This document shows positions 53,525 through 64,000 of a DNA stretch of 64,000 nucleotides, one piece after another; position 1 is the first letter of the stretch; each line of letters opens with the position of its first letter. The notes below the pieces were generated by a model that saw only the letters and a list, made by a program, of their open reading frames with translations, was not told the DNA's origin and searched no databases. Position numbers and translations under genes: made by a program. Source of the stretch: an uncultured Gemmatimonadaceae bacterium (GTDB lineage Bacteria; Gemmatimonadota; Gemmatimonadetes; Gemmatimonadales; Gemmatimonadaceae); NCBI GenBank assembly GCA_963790305.1, contig CAWBOC010000013.1, positions 128,001 to 192,000 on the forward strand, written 5' to 3'.

Positions 53525-54280
53525 ATGATCTCACTTCGCGGCAAGAACGCTCTCGTTACCGGTGGCTCGCGCGGCATTGGTGCTGCTACCGCGCTGCTCC
53601 TCGCGGATGCGGGCGCTAACGTCGGTATTGGTTACCGCTCTCGCGAGGCCGAAGCGGCCGAGGTAGTGCGAGAGATCGCCAGTCGCGGCGTGAAGGGGTT
53701 CGCTCACGCGGCGGATCTCGCCAGCGCTGAGGCAACCCAATCACTGTTCGAGCGGGCGCGCCGGGAGCTGGGCGGATTGGACATTTTCGTCGGCAACGCC
53801 GGTATCTGGCCGGCCGAGGCGACGCCGGTGGCGGAGATGTCGGACGAGCGCTGGCTCGAGACGATGCGGCAGAACGTCGACTCGATTTTCTACGGCTCGC
53901 GCCTCGCGGCGCGGATGCTGGGGAACGGCGGGCGAATTGTGCTCGTGTCGAGCACTGCGGGGCAGCGTGGCGAGGCGTTTCACGCCGACTATGGCGCGTC
54001 GAAAGGAGCGATCATCTCGTTCGTGAAGTCGTTCGCGATCGAGCTGGCGGCGCGGGACATCACCGTCAACTCGGTTGCGCCGGGCTGGGTCGATACGGAC
54101 ATGTCGGCACCCGCGTACGGAGGAGACGAGAAGGAGCGTATCCGCCGGTCGATTCCCATCGGTCGGATCGCGAGCGCGATGGACATTGCCGGACCGATCG
54201 TGTTCCTCTGCTCGGACCTCGCGCGCCACATCACCGGCGAGATTCTAAACGTGAACGGGGGAAGCGTCCTCTCCGGTTGA
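53525..54280 (+). CDS. SDR family oxidoreductase (FabG-like)
   Basis: TGGSRGIG, NAG, YGASK, VNSVAPGWVDTDM, ITGEILNVNGG. Confidence 0.93.
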   Translation: MISLRGKNALVTGGSRGIGAATALLLADAGANVGIGYRSREAEAAEVVREIASRGVKGFAHAADLASAEATQSLFERARRELGGLDIFVGNAGIWPAEATPVAEMSDERWLETMRQNVDSIFYGSRLAARMLGNGGRIVLVSSTAGQRGEAFHADYGASKGAIISFVKSFAIELAARDITVNSVAPGWVDTDMSAPAYGGDEKERIRRSIPIGRIASAMDIAGPIVFLCSDLARHITGEILNVNGGSVLSG

Positions 54281-54367
54281 ACCGGGGCCCGCAGGCACGA
54301 CGACGGTCCGGACTTTGCCAAACAAATGGCGCATGTGACCTGCATCACCAACTTTGAAGGGGGTCTT

Positions 54368-54904
54368 ATGCGCCGCTACCTCGTCTTTTCGCTGCTAATC
54401 GCGGCGTCGTGCTCCACTGGCGTCGACGCACCGCTGGCTCCGGCCCCGAATTTCAGCACCGTGGGACCCGGAAAGGGGAATTCTCCCGATCGAATCCGGG
54501 TCTGGGAGCACCACCGAGAGGACTTCAGCCTGATCGTGGCTGGATGCCTCAACGAGCCACTGGTCGTGACGGGAACGATGAACTTCACCCTCCAGGATCA
54601 GGATAATCCCGGGGAGCGCGCACACTTCCGGTTTCATACCAATCTCCAGGGCGTCTCCGGAGTTACTCAGATCACCGGGACTCGCTATCGCCTGGCGCAG
54701 GTGCACAACGCGACGATCAACAACGACACGACCGACGTGATGCCCCTCGAGACCACTCAAGTTTTCCGATACCGTCTCATCGGAAGTGGGCCGCTCAACA
54801 ACTCCACGATCGACATCTCATTCAAGCTTACGATCAACGCGAACGGCACTACGACTGCGTCATACACGCGGGCCGAGGCGCGCTGTCGTGAGGACGGACC
54901 GTAG
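54368..54904 (+). CDS. Hypothetical secreted lipoprotein, beta-rich
   Basis: RBS AGGGGG; signal MRRYLVFSLLIAASC; two further Cys. Confidence 0.7.
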   Translation: MRRYLVFSLLIAASCSTGVDAPLAPAPNFSTVGPGKGNSPDRIRVWEHHREDFSLIVAGCLNEPLVVTGTMNFTLQDQDNPGERAHFRFHTNLQGVSGVTQITGTRYRLAQVHNATINNDTTDVMPLETTQVFRYRLIGSGPLNNSTIDISFKLTINANGTTTASYTRAEARCREDGP

Positions 54905-54959
54905 TCGGATTGTCCCGCAGCAAGTATGGTTGGTCAGTGAGGTGACGTCGTAACGGTAC

Positions 54960-54988
54960 CCGAGGCCCGCCGACTGAGCGGGCCTCGG
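54960..54988. terminator. GC-rich hairpin
   Basis: ccgaggcccgc-N7-gcgggcctcgg; no clear U-tract. Confidence 0.4.
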
Positions 54989-55102
54989 CCGCATTCGGCC
55001 CCCTCGTGCGGCTTCGGCGACGCGTGGCGAAACGCTGGCCGTTCAGGCCAGATTGCATCGCTCGCCGCGCCGCCTCGGCCGTTTCTTGATTTCCTCACGA
55101 CC

Positions 55103-56071
55103 GTGATCCCAATCCTCTTCACCGGTGGTACGATCTCGATGCGCCAGGATCCCGCAATCGGCGGTGCGATCCCGACGCTGTCGGGACGCGATATCCTTGC
55201 CGCGACACGCGGCATCGAGGAGGTCGCTGACTTCGAGGTAGAGGAATGGGGGGCGTATCCAGGTCCGCACATGACCGTCGAGCGGATGTGGGCGCTTCGA
55301 AACAGGATCGCCGAGCATATCGAGCGTCCGGAAGTGGACGGTGTCGTCGTCACGCATGGCACGGACACGCTCGAGGAATCCGCGTACCTCAACGCCCGCA
55401 CGATTGCCGCGCACAAGCCGATCGTATTCACCGGCGCGATGCGGACCGCGAGCGAGCTCGGCTGGGACGGACCGTCGAATCTGATCGACGCGGTTCGTGT
55501 GGCCGCGAGCGAGGAGTCGCGCGGCTACGGCGTGATGGTGACGCTCTCGGGGCGGGTATTCGCCGGCCTCGACGTGACCAAGGCGCACACGCATTTGCTC
55601 GATGCCTTCGAGAGCCCGGGGCTCGGCCCGATCGGCGTCATCGACGATGGCAATGTGATCTTTCGTCGTGCGCTCCCCCCTTCGCCCCCGCTTCTCGCGC
55701 CGCCGTCGCCCGCGCTGCCGATCGATATCGTCGCCGCGTACCCGGGCGCGGACGCTCGGCTCCTCGATGCTGCTCGGGTTGACGCGTTAGGCGTCGTCAT
55801 CTCCGCGATGGGACGGGGGAACGTGCCGCCCGCGATGGTGTCTGGGATCGAGCGATGGATTCGGGCCGGGAAGCCGATTGTCGTCGCGTCACGAGCGCTT
55901 CGAGGGCGCGTCGGACGTACATACGGGTATCCGGGGGCCGGACGCCGATTGCACGACCTCGGCGCTGTGTTCGCTGGCTCGCGCCGTCCGCAACAGGCGC
56001 GAATCGAGCTCAGTCTTGCGTTGGGTGCCGGGCTGACGGGGGGGGAGTTGAGGCAGCTCTTCGAGGAGTGA
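55103..56071 (+). CDS. L-asparaginase/glutaminase family protein
   Basis: TGGTISM, HGTDTLEESAY, FTGAMR, DGPSNL, GRGNVP. Confidence 0.94.
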   Translation: MIPILFTGGTISMRQDPAIGGAIPTLSGRDILAATRGIEEVADFEVEEWGAYPGPHMTVERMWALRNRIAEHIERPEVDGVVVTHGTDTLEESAYLNARTIAAHKPIVFTGAMRTASELGWDGPSNLIDAVRVAASEESRGYGVMVTLSGRVFAGLDVTKAHTHLLDAFESPGLGPIGVIDDGNVIFRRALPPSPPLLAPPSPALPIDIVAAYPGADARLLDAARVDALGVVISAMGRGNVPPAMVSGIERWIRAGKPIVVASRALRGRVGRTYGYPGAGRRLHDLGAVFAGSRRPQQARIELSLALGAGLTGGELRQLFEE

Positions 56072-56083
56072 CGAAGCCAGTTT

Positions 56084-56479
56084 TCAGTTCGCTTCTCTCC
56101 AGACCTCGAAACACCGATGTCCGAACTCTCGCGCCGCGCGCATCTGATCGGGGAAGCCGAAGCAGTCGACCCACCCCATCTCCGCCGCGCGCCACTTGCA
56201 GCACCAGACGAAGGTCCACTGGCGAACGACGCCCTCGGCATGCGCCTCCACGGAGCCCCGGAAATCGGAGCACCCCGCGTAGCCTTCGACGCGTACCCGC
56301 TCGAGGCGGAGCGCTGGCTCGACGTCCAGCAGCTGCGCCAGCACGCGTAGCACCTTCACCGGAGGCGCGAACCCGGCTGCCTCGACCAACGGCGCCTTCC
56401 CATGCGTGCTATACTGCCGCACGGAGGCCTTGAACTCGTCGGTCGCGCCGGAGACGGCGAGCAGGGGTTCGAGATTCAT
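56084..56479 (-). CDS. Hypothetical protein (131 aa), Cys/Trp-rich C-terminus
   Basis: Fills the gap between asparaginase and cca; GCSDFRG...FVWCCKWRA...GW.DCFGFPDQ.RAAREFG..CF..W; TATGTT 9 nt upstream. Confidence 0.75.
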   Translation of the reverse strand: MNLEPLLAVSGATDEFKASVRQYSTHGKAPLVEAAGFAPPVKVLRVLAQLLDVEPALRLERVRVEGYAGCSDFRGSVEAHAEGVVRQWTFVWCCKWRAAEMGWVDCFGFPDQMRAAREFGHRCFEVWREAN

Positions 56480-56527
56480 TGGTGCCCAAACATAAACATC
56501 TGAAGGGCCATTTCCAAGCCTTTCGAC

Positions 56528-57850
56528 ATGCCCGCGCTCTCCCCGCCAGGCCCCGTTCTCGACATCGCTAAGCGCCTGGAGAACGAGGGCTTCGAGACCT
56601 GGTGCGTCGGCGGCGCCGTCCGCGATGCCCTGCTCGGGCACCCCCACCTGGACTGGGATCTCGCTACGGCCGCGACCCCGCAGCAGGTGCGTCGCCTTTT
56701 TCCGCGGACCGTCCCGGTCGGGATCGAGTTCGGAACCGTCGGCGTGCTCGATCGCAACGGCACGATGCACGAGGTCACGACCTTCCGACGCGATGTCGAA
56801 ACCGATGGACGGCACGCGGTCGTGACTTTCGGCGCGACGATCGACGAGGATCTCGCGCGGCGCGACTTCACGTTGAACGCGATCGCCTACCATCCCGCAG
56901 ACGCGGCGTCTGCACGATCCCTTCGAGGGTCAGCAGGACATTGCTCGTCGTGTCATCCGCGCCGTCGGGGAGCCGACGGAGCGGATGCGCGAGGATCGAC
57001 TGCGCGCGCTGCGTGCGATTCGGTTCGCCGCCCGGTTCGACTTCGACATTGATCCGGAGACGTGGCAGGCCATCGTCGAAAGTGCGCCGCATCTCGGTCG
57101 TCTGTCCGCCGAGCGCGTGAAGCAGGAGCTCGAGAAGACGATGGAGCAGGTCGAGCGGCCCGGGAGAGCGCTGGAGCTTTGGCGGGACAGCGGCGCTCTC
57201 GCGTGCGCTCCTGCCGGCCATCGAGGGCATCTCACCGATCGCGCTGCGCACGCTCGATCATCTTCCACGTGCGACCGGAAAGCGTGCCAGCCAGCGGAAA
57301 ATGCTGCGGCTGGTCGCGCTCTTCAGCGAGCTGTCGCCGCGCGAAGCGGAGAAGACGGCGAGGAAGCTCCGCTTCTCGAACCAGCAGATCGCGTGGATTC
57401 GCGCCGTCGTCGAGCACGCGACAGCAGCGTCATAGCGAGATCGTCGAGGCGCACGTATCGGCCAAGGCCAGTCTCGCCGACACGAAATCGCGGAAGTGGA
57501 TCGCCGTCGCAGGGCGCACGCGCATTGCGTCGGTGCATGCGCCTGGTCGCAGCGCGCTTCGCCGCGCAGCGCGACGCGGAGAAGCGGTCGCCGAGGGCGG
57601 AAGCGCATCGAGCGCGCTGTATCGGCGGGTCCTGCGGTCAGCCTTTCACGAGCCGGTCGAGCTCAGCGATCTTGCCATCAGCGGCGACGAGCTTGCGCGG
57701 CGCGGGCGTCGCGGAGGGACCGGAGATGGGGTGGGTGCTTCACCGACCTGCTCGATCGTCGTGCTCGAGGATCCGCGCCGGAACACCGTCGAGGAGCTGC
57801 TGCGTTTGGCTGCCGAATTGCTGAAGCGATATCGCACCGGAGAACGCTAG
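56528..57850 (+). CDS. cca: CCA tRNA nucleotidyltransferase / poly(A) polymerase family (several frameshifts)
   Basis: VGGAVRD.LLG...DWD.AT, EVTTFR.D, EDLARRDFT.NA, EDRLR.LRA.RFAARF, LSAERV. Confidence 0.9.
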
Positions 57851-57861
57851 CCCACACGACG

Positions 57862-58389
57862 ATGTTCTTTCGCGGAAAACAATTCGACACGTCGATCTGG
57901 AAGCGGTTTCGCACGGCCGCCGACGGGTACTCGTTCGCCAAGGAGACCGACTACTACGCCGCGCATGTCGTCGCGAACGCGGAGCGCGTCGTCGACCTCT
58001 TCCACGCGCTCATGGAGCACCTTCCGCCCGCGGTGGACGTCGCGATCGAGGATCGACGCTCGGGCCGTCGATGGAAGGGGGAGAGTCTCGCGCTGCCCGA
58101 CGTTCGCGACGCGATCGCTCGGCTGAAGACGGCCCTGGCCGGATCGGGCGGCGTCGAGATCGCCGTGTACACGAGCGAGGATCAACTGACGCTCAATCCG
58201 GTGCTCGAGCTGTTCATCTACGCGCGCAGCGATCAGTGGCTCTACATCCTGCAGGGGAAGGGGCTGGAAGAGCGGCGGACGGTGCGCACGAAGAGCTGGC
58301 GGCTGAAGCAGCAGGAGTTCCCGCCGGCTCCAGAGCTCAGCCAGGCGCTGGAGCAGGCCGCGACATCGTTAGGTCTTCAGCCGGCGTGA
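57862..58389 (+). CDS. Hypothetical protein
   Basis: Uninterrupted 175-aa ORF with host-like codon usage; GTGA overlap with the next gene. Confidence 0.75.
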   Translation: MFFRGKQFDTSIWKRFRTAADGYSFAKETDYYAAHVVANAERVVDLFHALMEHLPPAVDVAIEDRRSGRRWKGESLALPDVRDAIARLKTALAGSGGVEIAVYTSEDQLTLNPVLELFIYARSDQWLYILQGKGLEERRTVRTKSWRLKQQEFPPAPELSQALEQAATSLGLQPA

Positions 58390-59116
58390 GCGGGGCCGCG
58401 CTGGCCCTCGCAGTCGTCGCGGCGGCGGCCGAACGTCATGGGCGCGGCGGCCGTGACGTGGCGACGGGAGTGGAGCGCCCGCGCGCTCGAGACGATGATC
58501 GCGCTCGCCGCGGGCTTCATGATCGCCGCATCGGTGACCGACATTTTTCCCGAGGCGATCGCGCGCGGGGGAAGCGCCGCCGGCGCTCGTCGCCCTCCTC
58601 GGCTATGCGCTCGTGCATCTCACGCAGCACACGCTGGCCCCGCACTTCCATTTCGGCGAGGAGACGCACGAGGTCTCCAACGTCGTCAGCGTGTCCGCGC
58701 TCGTCGGCCTGCTGCTGCACACGTTCGTCGATGGCGTGGCCATCGCGAGCGCATTCGGCGTGAGCAGCTCGCTGGGCGTGCTCGTGTTCGTGGCGATTCT
58801 CTTGCACAAGTTTCCGGAGGGGCTCGCCATCTCGAGCCTGTTCCTCGCCGCTGGCGCAGGACGCGCGCGCGCTCTGTACGCCGCAGCCGCGCTGGGGGCG
58901 GCGACGATCGCGGGAGTCGTCCTGACCGGCGTCGTCGGATCTGCTTGCGACGTGGGGGCTCGCGCTGTCCGCGGGGGTCACCTTGTACGTCGGTGCGTCG
59001 AATCTCGTTCCGGAGTTTCAGGCCAAGAGCGGATGGCGGCTCCCGTTGGCGTTTTTCGCGGGGTGCGGGATCTACGTCGCCGCGCGAGTGCTGGTGCGAT
59101 GCATGACGCGAGCTGA
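58386..59116 (+). CDS. ZIP family metal transporter (several frameshifts)
   Basis: AAGFM, His-rich loop [40 protein letters not shown]. Confidence 0.85.
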
Positions 59117-59123
59117 GCTGCGC

Positions 59124-60505
59124 ATGCCGCGTAACCGACCGCGCACTCTTCCGGCGAAGCGCCCGCGCGATCCGTCGCTCTTCGCTCCCCCGGCGTCGTC
59201 GCAGCCGCTCGCGGCGCGCATGCGTCCGCGAACCCTCGACGAGTTCGTCGGCCAGACGCATCTGCTCGCTCCCGGCAGCGCGCTGCGCGACGCGATCGAG
59301 AAGGGCAACGTCGGCTCGATGATCTTCTGGGGCCCGCCCGGCTCCGGAAAGACGACGCTCGCCTTCCTCATCGCGCAGTACACCGATCGCGAGTTCGTCC
59401 CGTTCTCCTCGGTGACGGAAGGCGTGCCGCGCGTGCGCGAGATCATCGCCGAGGCCGAGGCGCGGCTCGAGACGGGGCGGGGCACGATCCTGTTCGCCGA
59501 CGAGATCCACCGCCTCAACAAGGCGCAGCAGGACGCGTTTCTCCCGCACGTCGAGGCGGGCACGATCACGCTCATCGGGGCGACGACGGAAAACCCATCG
59601 TTCGAGATCATTGGCGCGCTGCTCTCGCGAAGCCGCGTGTTCGTGCTCGAGCAGCTCGGCACCGACGATGTCGCCACGCTCGTCAGGCGCGCTGTCAGCC
59701 GATGAGGAGCGCGGGCTCGGCGCAGATGTCGCTGCGCGTCGACGACGACGCCGATGCACGCTGATCGCGACGGAGGCGGACGGCGATGCGCGGCGCGCGC
59801 TCACGGTGCTCGAAGCGTCGGCCACTCACGTGGGCGGCGGCGGACACATCACGGTGCCAGGTCGCGCGCGATGCGCTGCAGAAGCGGTTCGCGCGATACG
59901 ACAAGGGCGGCGAGGAGCACTACAACCTCATCTCGGCCTATCACAAGGCGCTTCGCGGCAGCGATCCGCAGGGCGCGCTGTACTGGCTGGCGCGGATGAT
60001 CGACGGCGGCGAGGATCCGATGTACATCGCGCGCCGAACGGTCCGCTTCGCGGCCGAGGACGTCGGGCTCGCCGATCCGGACGCGCTGCGACTCGCGCAT
60101 CGCCGCGCGTGATGCGTATCACTTTCTCGGATCGCCGGAGGGCGAGCTCGCGCTGGCCGAGGCGGCCGTCTATCTGGCGACGGCGCCGAAGTCGAACCGC
60201 GTGTACGAGGCGTGGAACGAGGCCATGCGGCTCGCGCGCGAGTCGCCGGCCGAGCCGGTGCCTTTGCATATTCGCAACGCGCCGACGAAGCTGATGAAGG
60301 AACTGGGGTATGGCGATGGGTATCAGTACGCACACGCCGTCCCCGAGGCATACATCCCGCAGGAGTATCTTCCGGACCGGCTGCGGGGACGCTGCTCTAC
60401 GAGCCGGGCCCGTTCGGGTTCGAGCAGGACATCGCGAAGCGGCTCGCGTGGTGGACGGAGCTGAGAGAGAAAGCCGCGGGGGCGCGGCGCTCGGAGGACA
60501 CGTGA
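59124..60505 (+). CDS. rarA: Replication-associated recombination protein A (several frameshifts)
   Basis: [75 protein letters not shown]. Confidence 0.95.
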
Positions 60506-60535
60506 AGGCATTCAACGCACGAGGGAGACAACGGT

Positions 60536-61013
60536 ATGCGTAAGCTCGCGTTGGTCGGACTGGCCGCGGCGACGGCGTTTGGCACGTACGGATGTGCGAG
60601 CGTCGCTCGCAACGCGTTCGCCGAGCCGGTGGTCACGCTCCGCGATGTGAAGCTCCAGGGCATCGGACTCACCGGTGGGTCGTTCGACGTCGTGCTCAGC
60701 GTCTACAATCCGAACGGGTATCGCCTGGATGCGACGCAGCTGAATTACAATCTGTTCGTGGACACGCTGCGATTCGCGAATGGCACGCTGGCGCAGCAGT
60801 TCACGGTGCAGGAGAAGGATTCCACGCTCGTGCGCGTGCCGGTGAATTTCAGCTACGCCGGCGTCGGCGAGGCCGGTCGACAGCTGCTGAACACGGGGTC
60901 GGTGAACTATCGCGTGGCGGGCGACGTGACGGTGGCGACGCCGGTCGGGCAGCTTCAAGGTTCCGTACGACCGGACCGGCCGGTTCTCGACGTTAGGCGG
61001 GTCGAGTCGGTAG
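60536..61013 (+). CDS. LEA type 2 (WHy domain) lipoprotein (frameshift near 60948)
   Basis: Lipobox TYGC; L.VYNPNGY.L; repaired tail SFKVPYDRTGRFSTLGGSSR*. Confidence 0.85.
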
Positions 61014-61020
61014 ACTGCAG

Positions 61021-61057
61021 AGGCGCTAAAGGCGCTAGGGGCGCTAGAGGCGCTAGG
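61021..61057 (+). repeat. Four tandem 9-bp RGGCGCTAR repeats (single arm)
   Basis: aggcgctaa-aggcgctag-gggcgctag-aggcgctag. Confidence 0.85.
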
Positions 61058-61065
61058 GAACTGGC

Positions 61066-62397
61066 TTGAACGCCAACTTTCGAGCAGGAGTCATCATCGC
61101 TAGAGACATCATCTCGCTCGCGCCGCCGGCGGAGCGCGCCATCCTCGTCGGCGCTCCGCTCAAGCGGTCGGCGGCGAGGCATCTGCTGACGGAGCATCTG
61201 GAGGAGCTGGCGCGCCTGGCGGACACCGCGGGCGCGGAAGTCGTCGGAGAGGTCACGCAGCTGCTCGATCGTCCGAGCCCGGCGACGTATCTGGGGAAGG
61301 GGAAGCTCGAGGAGCTGCGGCACCGCGTCGCCGACATCGGGGCGACGCTGGTCATCTTCGACGACGAGCTTTCGCCGACCCAGGGGAAGAACATCGAGCT
61401 CGAGCTCGGCACGCGCGTGATGGATCGTGCGGAGCTGATTCTCGACATCTTCGCCACGCGCGCGCGCAACGAGCGAAGCGAAGATGCAGGTCGAGCTCGC
61501 GCAGCTCGAGTACATGCTGCCGCGTCTGGCGCGGATGTGGACGCACCTCGAGAAGACCCGCGGCGGCATCGGTCTGCGCGGGCCCGGGTGAAACGCAGAT
61601 CGAAACGGACCGTCGGCTCATCCGGCCACCGCATCAAGGTGCTGCGGGAGCGGTTGGAGGACGTGCGGCGGTCGCGCGAGGTGCAGCGCGCCGGCCGTCG
61701 CGATGCGTTCAAGGCGTCGCTCGTCGGCTACACGAATGCCGGCAAGTCGTCGATCCTGCGCGCGCTGGCATCGGCGTCTGATGTCTTCGTGGAGGACCGG
61801 CTCTTCGCGACGCTCGATCCGCTGACGCGTGAGGTGCGCCTCGGCGATCACGCGCCGGCGCTGGTTACCGACACGGTCGGATTCATTCGCAAGCTGCCTC
61901 ACGACCTCGTCGCGTCGTTCCGCGCCACGCTCGAGGAGGCGGCGGATGCCGATCTGCTGCTCCACGTCATCGATGGCAGTCACCCCACCTGGGAGGAGCA
62001 GGTGTCGGTCGTGAACGAGGTGTTGGCGGAGCTGGAGATGGCCGAGAAGCCCGTGCTTCACGTCTTCAACAAGATCGACCGGCTTGACGGCGATGAGCTT
62101 CACGCGCTGCAGGAGCGAGCGCGTGAGCAGATTGGTGAGGCGATCTACGTCTCGGCGGTTGCGGAGGGAGGGCTCGAGCCGCTACGTCGCGCGCTGCTCG
62201 GCGCAATTCGCGCCAAGCGGCCGCTCATGGAGGTCGAGATTCCGGTGACCGACGGGCGACTGCTGGCCGAGGTGCACCGAAGTGCGGACGTGGTCGACCA
62301 GGCGCAGCGCGACGGCGTCATGGTGTTGCGCGCGAGGCTCGACGATGCGACGGCAGGGAGATTGCGAGGGAAGGGTGCCAAGATTCGTTCGAACTGA
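61066..62397 (+). CDS. hflX: GTPase HflX (compensating internal frameshifts near 61470-61620; start uncertain)
   Basis: [64 protein letters not shown]. Confidence 0.96.
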   Translation: MNANFRAGVIIARDIISLAPPAERAILVGAPLKRSAARHLLTEHLEELARLADTAGAEVVGEVTQLLDRPSPATYLGKGKLEELRHRVADIGATLVIFDDELSPTQGKNIELELGTRVMDRAELILDIFATRARNERSEDAGRARAARVHAAASGADVDAPREDPRRHRSARARVKRRSKRTVGSSGHRIKVLRERLEDVRRSREVQRAGRRDAFKASLVGYTNAGKSSILRALASASDVFVEDRLFATLDPLTREVRLGDHAPALVTDTVGFIRKLPHDLVASFRATLEEAADADLLLHVIDGSHPTWEEQVSVVNEVLAELEMAEKPVLHVFNKIDRLDGDELHALQERAREQIGEAIYVSAVAEGGLEPLRRALLGAIRAKRPLMEVEIPVTDGRLLAEVHRSADVVDQAQRDGVMVLRARLDDATAGRLRGKGAKIRSN

Positions 62398-62422
62398 GCG
62401 CAACGTCGGCCTGCAGGGTACG

Positions 62423-63337
62423 GTGGTGCATACTGATTTGCCAGGTAGCTGGGCCCCGGCCAACGCGGGCGCGGAGTCGAGTGACCCGAGTCACGGCCAG
62501 TGCGCCCTGTGTGGTAGCGAGAGCTTTGAGCCCGTGCGCGGTGTCCTCTCGCGTTGTCACGCTTGCGGACACATACAGTATTTGGTGGACCCGTCGGTTG
62601 CGCCTACAGACCTGTATACCGACGAATACTTCAACGGGCGCGAGTACCCTGGGTATCTCGACCAGGCTCCTTCTCTTCGTCGCTCAATGCGACGCCACCT
62701 GGCCCAGATGTCGACGTATGGACCGCTCCGGGGCGACCTCCTGGAGATTGGCTGTGCGTACGGTCTGTTCCTGGACGAGGCGCGCCCTTTTTTCTCTTCT
62801 CTTGTCGGAGTCGATGTATGCGGGGGCCCGGTGGAATTTGGTCGCCACACGCTCGGCCTGGACCTGAGGTGCGGCGATTTCCTTGGCATGGACTTCCCTC
62901 GCGAATCCTTCGACGCGATTTGCATGTGGGATACCATTGAGCACCTGGCCAACCCTCGAGACTTCGTCCGTGCGGCACGCCCTCTTCTCAAGCGTGATGG
63001 ATACTTCTACCTAACGACGGGGGATGCGGACTCGTTCAACGCTCGCGTCCGTGGCCGACGGTGGCGTCAGATTCATCCCCCGTCTCATCTGCAGTACTTT
63101 TCCCGGCGAACCATCGTCGAACTGTTTCGGCGTTCTGGCTTCGAGGTAACGGGAATCGAAACCGCCGCGTACTACCACACGGTCTATAACATTCTTGCAG
63201 GCGTTCGGCTGCGCGGGGGCTTGCCGACCGCCCTGACGGACTTTGCGCTGGGACCACTGGGCGGCGCAGTGACCCGCCGGCTTGGCTCGTGGATCGACCT
63301 TGGCGACATCATGTTCGTCGCTGCGCGGCCGGCCTGA
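62423..63337 (+). CDS. Class I SAM-dependent methyltransferase with N-terminal CxxC...CxxC
   Basis: CALC/CHAC, LLEIGCAYG.FL, FDAICMWDTIEHL.NP, HL.YFS; start uncertain. Confidence 0.88.
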   Translation: MVHTDLPGSWAPANAGAESSDPSHGQCALCGSESFEPVRGVLSRCHACGHIQYLVDPSVAPTDLYTDEYFNGREYPGYLDQAPSLRRSMRRHLAQMSTYGPLRGDLLEIGCAYGLFLDEARPFFSSLVGVDVCGGPVEFGRHTLGLDLRCGDFLGMDFPRESFDAICMWDTIEHLANPRDFVRAARPLLKRDGYFYLTTGDADSFNARVRGRRWRQIHPPSHLQYFSRRTIVELFRRSGFEVTGIETAAYYHTVYNILAGVRLRGGLPTALTDFALGPLGGAVTRRLGSWIDLGDIMFVAARPA

Positions 63338-63451
63338 CCCGTCCTCACGTCGTAATCTTCTGTAGACGCCGCCGGACCACCGGCGGCGTCCGTGTTGTGG
63401 GCGGAGGGCGCCCATGCCTCCGCGGGACGTGCCTGCCTATCTTTCCACCTT

Positions 63452-64000
63452 GTGCGCGTCAGTGGCACCGATATCCAGGAGAAACGCACCGATGAAGAGC
63501 GTAGCAACGGGCCTCCTGCAGTGAACCATGTCGAGGTTTCCGTCGTGATGCCGTGCCTCAACGAAGCGGAAACGCTCGGGCGCTGTATCGCGAAGGCACA
63601 GCGCGCATTGAGCGAGGCGAAGATCAGCGGCGAGATCATCGTCGCTGACAACGGAAGCACCGACGGCTCGCAATCCATTGCCGAGCGAATGGGAGCCCGC
63701 GTGGTGCCCGTGAGAGATCGAGGATATGGCAATGCACTGATGGGTGGAATTGCCAGCGCCCGTGGCCGCTTCATCATCATGGGTGACGCCGACGATAGCT
63801 ACGACTTTCTCGAGATTCCGCGGTTTGTCGAGAAGCTGCGTGAAGGATTCCAGCTCGTGCAGGGGTGCCGACTCCCCTCAGGCGGAGGACTTGTCATGCC
63901 TGGAGCGATGCCGCCCCTTCATCGGTACTGGGGAAACCCAATGTTTTCCGCCATGGCGCGCCGTTGGTTTCACGCCCCAATTCACGACGTGTACTGCGGA
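63452..64000 (+). CDS. Glycosyltransferase family 2 (DPM-synthase-like), 5' part, runs off the window
   Basis: EVSVVMPCLNEAETL, ADNGSTDGS, RGYGNAL, MGDADDSYDF; GTG 63452 follows TATCTT by 8 nt (alternative GTG 63521). Confidence 0.9.
   Translation, partial: MRVSGTDIQEKRTDEERSNGPPAVNHVEVSVVMPCLNEAETLGRCIAKAQRALSEAKISGEIIVADNGSTDGSQSIAERMGARVVPVRDRGYGNALMGGIASARGRFIIMGDADDSYDFLEIPRFVEKLREGFQLVQGCRLPSGGGLVMPGAMPPLHRYWGNPMFSAMARRWFHAPIHDVYCG

Noticed and set aside
58983..59705. Apparent ZIP-RarA fusion; likewise ccsA-sirC (8926-10341) and accC-comB (40831-42075)
   Set aside because: Explained by indels in error-rich regions; each partner has its own start codon.

Overview
High-GC bacterial chromosomal segment (roughly two-thirds G+C, estimated by eye). 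Gene content and order suggest Gemmatimonadota (FCB group); this is an inference. It is almost entirely + strand housekeeping operons: secA end, radC-rel, uvrB, tsaEB-rimI-ssb, a TsaP-like LysM gene, ccsA-sirC-hemA-epimerase-tolQRAB-pal-cpoB-tatC-lptD, hutH-hutU-radical SAM-hutI, TPR-polyprenyl synthase-tatA, a PpiD/SurA gene, TPR-aroQ-pepQ-accB-pilT-accC-comB-ftsK, yraN-recA-recX-alaS-GGGP synthase-PHP phosphatase-gmhA, asparaginase, cca, ZIP, rarA and hflX, then the start of a methyltransferase/glycosyltransferase cluster. Many genes, including essential ones, carry 1-bp frameshifts, best explained as long-read assembly errors. I found no rRNA, tRNA, CRISPR, IS or prophage. The most notable items are: (1) a dispersed, strand-biased octamer CGTTAGGC kept inside genes in several reading frames at the cost of rare codons (Chi/KOPS/uptake-sequence-like); (2) a family of intergenic palindromes whose arms are 7-11 bp tandem repeats, with G-U-compatible mismatches on the mRNA strand; (3) an archaeal-type group II GGGP synthase with altered motif residues; (4) pilT inserted between accB and accC, plus SgmX-like and TsaP-like type IV pilus accessory genes; (5) a radical SAM gene inside the hut cluster; (6) repeated signatures of leaderless transcription.
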